From contig JBEHYZ010000003.1 in assembly GCA_048497915.1 (NCBI GenBank), positions 4,299 to 68,298 on the forward strand: a stretch of DNA of 64,000 nucleotides. Reading direction: 5' to 3'. Numbering within the stretch: the first letter of the stretch is position 1; the number at the start of each line of letters is the position of its first letter. This document shows, piece after piece, positions 63,173-64,000 of the stretch. Below the pieces are notes generated by a model. That model had not been told where the DNA came from. It did no database searches and saw only the letters and a list, made by a program, of their open reading frames with translations. The position numbers and the translations under genes are program-made. This stretch comes from Pseudomonadota bacterium (lineage in GTDB: Bacteria; Pseudomonadota; Alphaproteobacteria; Caulobacterales; Caulobacteraceae).

Positions 63173-64000
63173 ATGCCCAGCTTGAAGGACATGCGCAATC
63201 AGATCGGAAGCGTGAAAGCCACGCAGAAGATCACGAAAGCGATGCAGATGGTGGCGGCGGCCAAGCTGCGCAAGGCGCAGGACGCGGCGGAAAACGCCCG
63301 TCCCTACGCCAAGCGCATGGCGGCGGTCATCGCCAACCTGGCCAAGGGTGTGTCGGGTGACAGCGCGCCGGCCATGCTGGTCGGCAACGGTTCGCAGACC
63401 AACCAGCTGGTGGTCGTGGCCACGGCTGACCGCGGTCTGGCTGGCGGGTTCAACTCCGCCATCGTCCGCGCCGCGCGCGACTTCATCAACGGCCTGATCA
63501 AGGAAGGCAAGACGGTCCGCATCCTGGCCATCGGCCGCAAGGGCCGCGACCAGATGAAGCGGATGTACGGCGACAAGGTGATCGACAGCTACGAGCTGCC
63601 GCGGGCCTTAAGCGTCGATTTCGTCGCGCCGATTGCCCAGAAGGTTGCCGCTGAATTTAACGAAGGCCGCGCCGACGCGGTCACTTTGTTCTACTCGCAC
63701 TTCAAGTCGGTGATCAGCCAGGTGCCGGAACAAAAGCGCCTGATCCCGGCCGACATCGACCTGAACGCTGCCGAGGATACGCACGGCGCCGTCTACGAAT
63801 ACGAGCCGTCGGAAGAGGAAATCCTCGAAATCCTGCTGCCGCGCAACGTGTCGGTGCAGATCCTCGCGGCTCTTTACGAAAACAACGCCGGTTTCTATGC
63901 CGCCCAGATGAGCGCCATGGATAATGCCACGCGCAACGCCGGCGAAATGATCAAGGCCCTGCAGCTCAAGTACAACCGCTCGCGTCAGGCCCAGATCACC
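63173..64000 (+). CDS. atpG: F1 ATP synthase gamma subunit, 3'-truncated by the window edge (absent from the ORF track)
   Basis: Translated by hand: [32 protein letters not shown]...DRGLAGGFN...AMDNATRNA...NRSRQAQIT. Confidence 0.96.
   Translation, partial: MPSLKDMRNQIGSVKATQKITKAMQMVAAAKLRKAQDAAENARPYAKRMAAVIANLAKGVSGDSAPAMLVGNGSQTNQLVVVATADRGLAGGFNSAIVRAARDFINGLIKEGKTVRILAIGRKGRDQMKRMYGDKVIDSYELPRALSVDFVAPIAQKVAAEFNEGRADAVTLFYSHFKSVISQVPEQKRLIPADIDLNAAEDTHGAVYEYEPSEEEILEILLPRNVSVQILAALYENNAGFYAAQMSAMDNATRNAGEMIKALQLKYNRSRQAQIT

Overview
High-GC alphaproteobacterial chromosome segment. DivL, RegBA/SpdSR and a Caulobacter-type PriA point to Caulobacteraceae, possibly Asticcacaulis (inference). 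Most of it is core genome: recQ, a class A PBP, phaZ, senC-regB-regA, divL, sdhCDAB, mdh, sucCDAB-lpdA, xerC, priA and atpHAG. The main accessory feature is a ~10.7 kb block between mdh and sucC. It contains an ArsR-led operon with six SRPBCC/AHSA1 (CalC-like) paralogues, a YceI lipoprotein, a PhnB-type VOC protein and a DUF3224-like protein, plus a tandem operator, a 28-aa micro-ORF resembling the ArsR C-terminal helix, and a triplicated 'AFKK-stop' scar. I propose this as a candidate inducible small-molecule or antibiotic sequestration ('sponge') array; that function is inference only. Other notable items: a structured sucC leader with a perfect 24-bp hairpin, an sRNA candidate near 9.2 kb, a secreted/cytoplasmic paralogue pair of unknown function, an orphan MCP plus sugar-binding protein pair, two families of dispersed palindromic repeats and one REPIN-like element. 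No rRNA, tRNA, CRISPR array or transposase was seen. All family calls come from motif recognition by eye, not from database searches.
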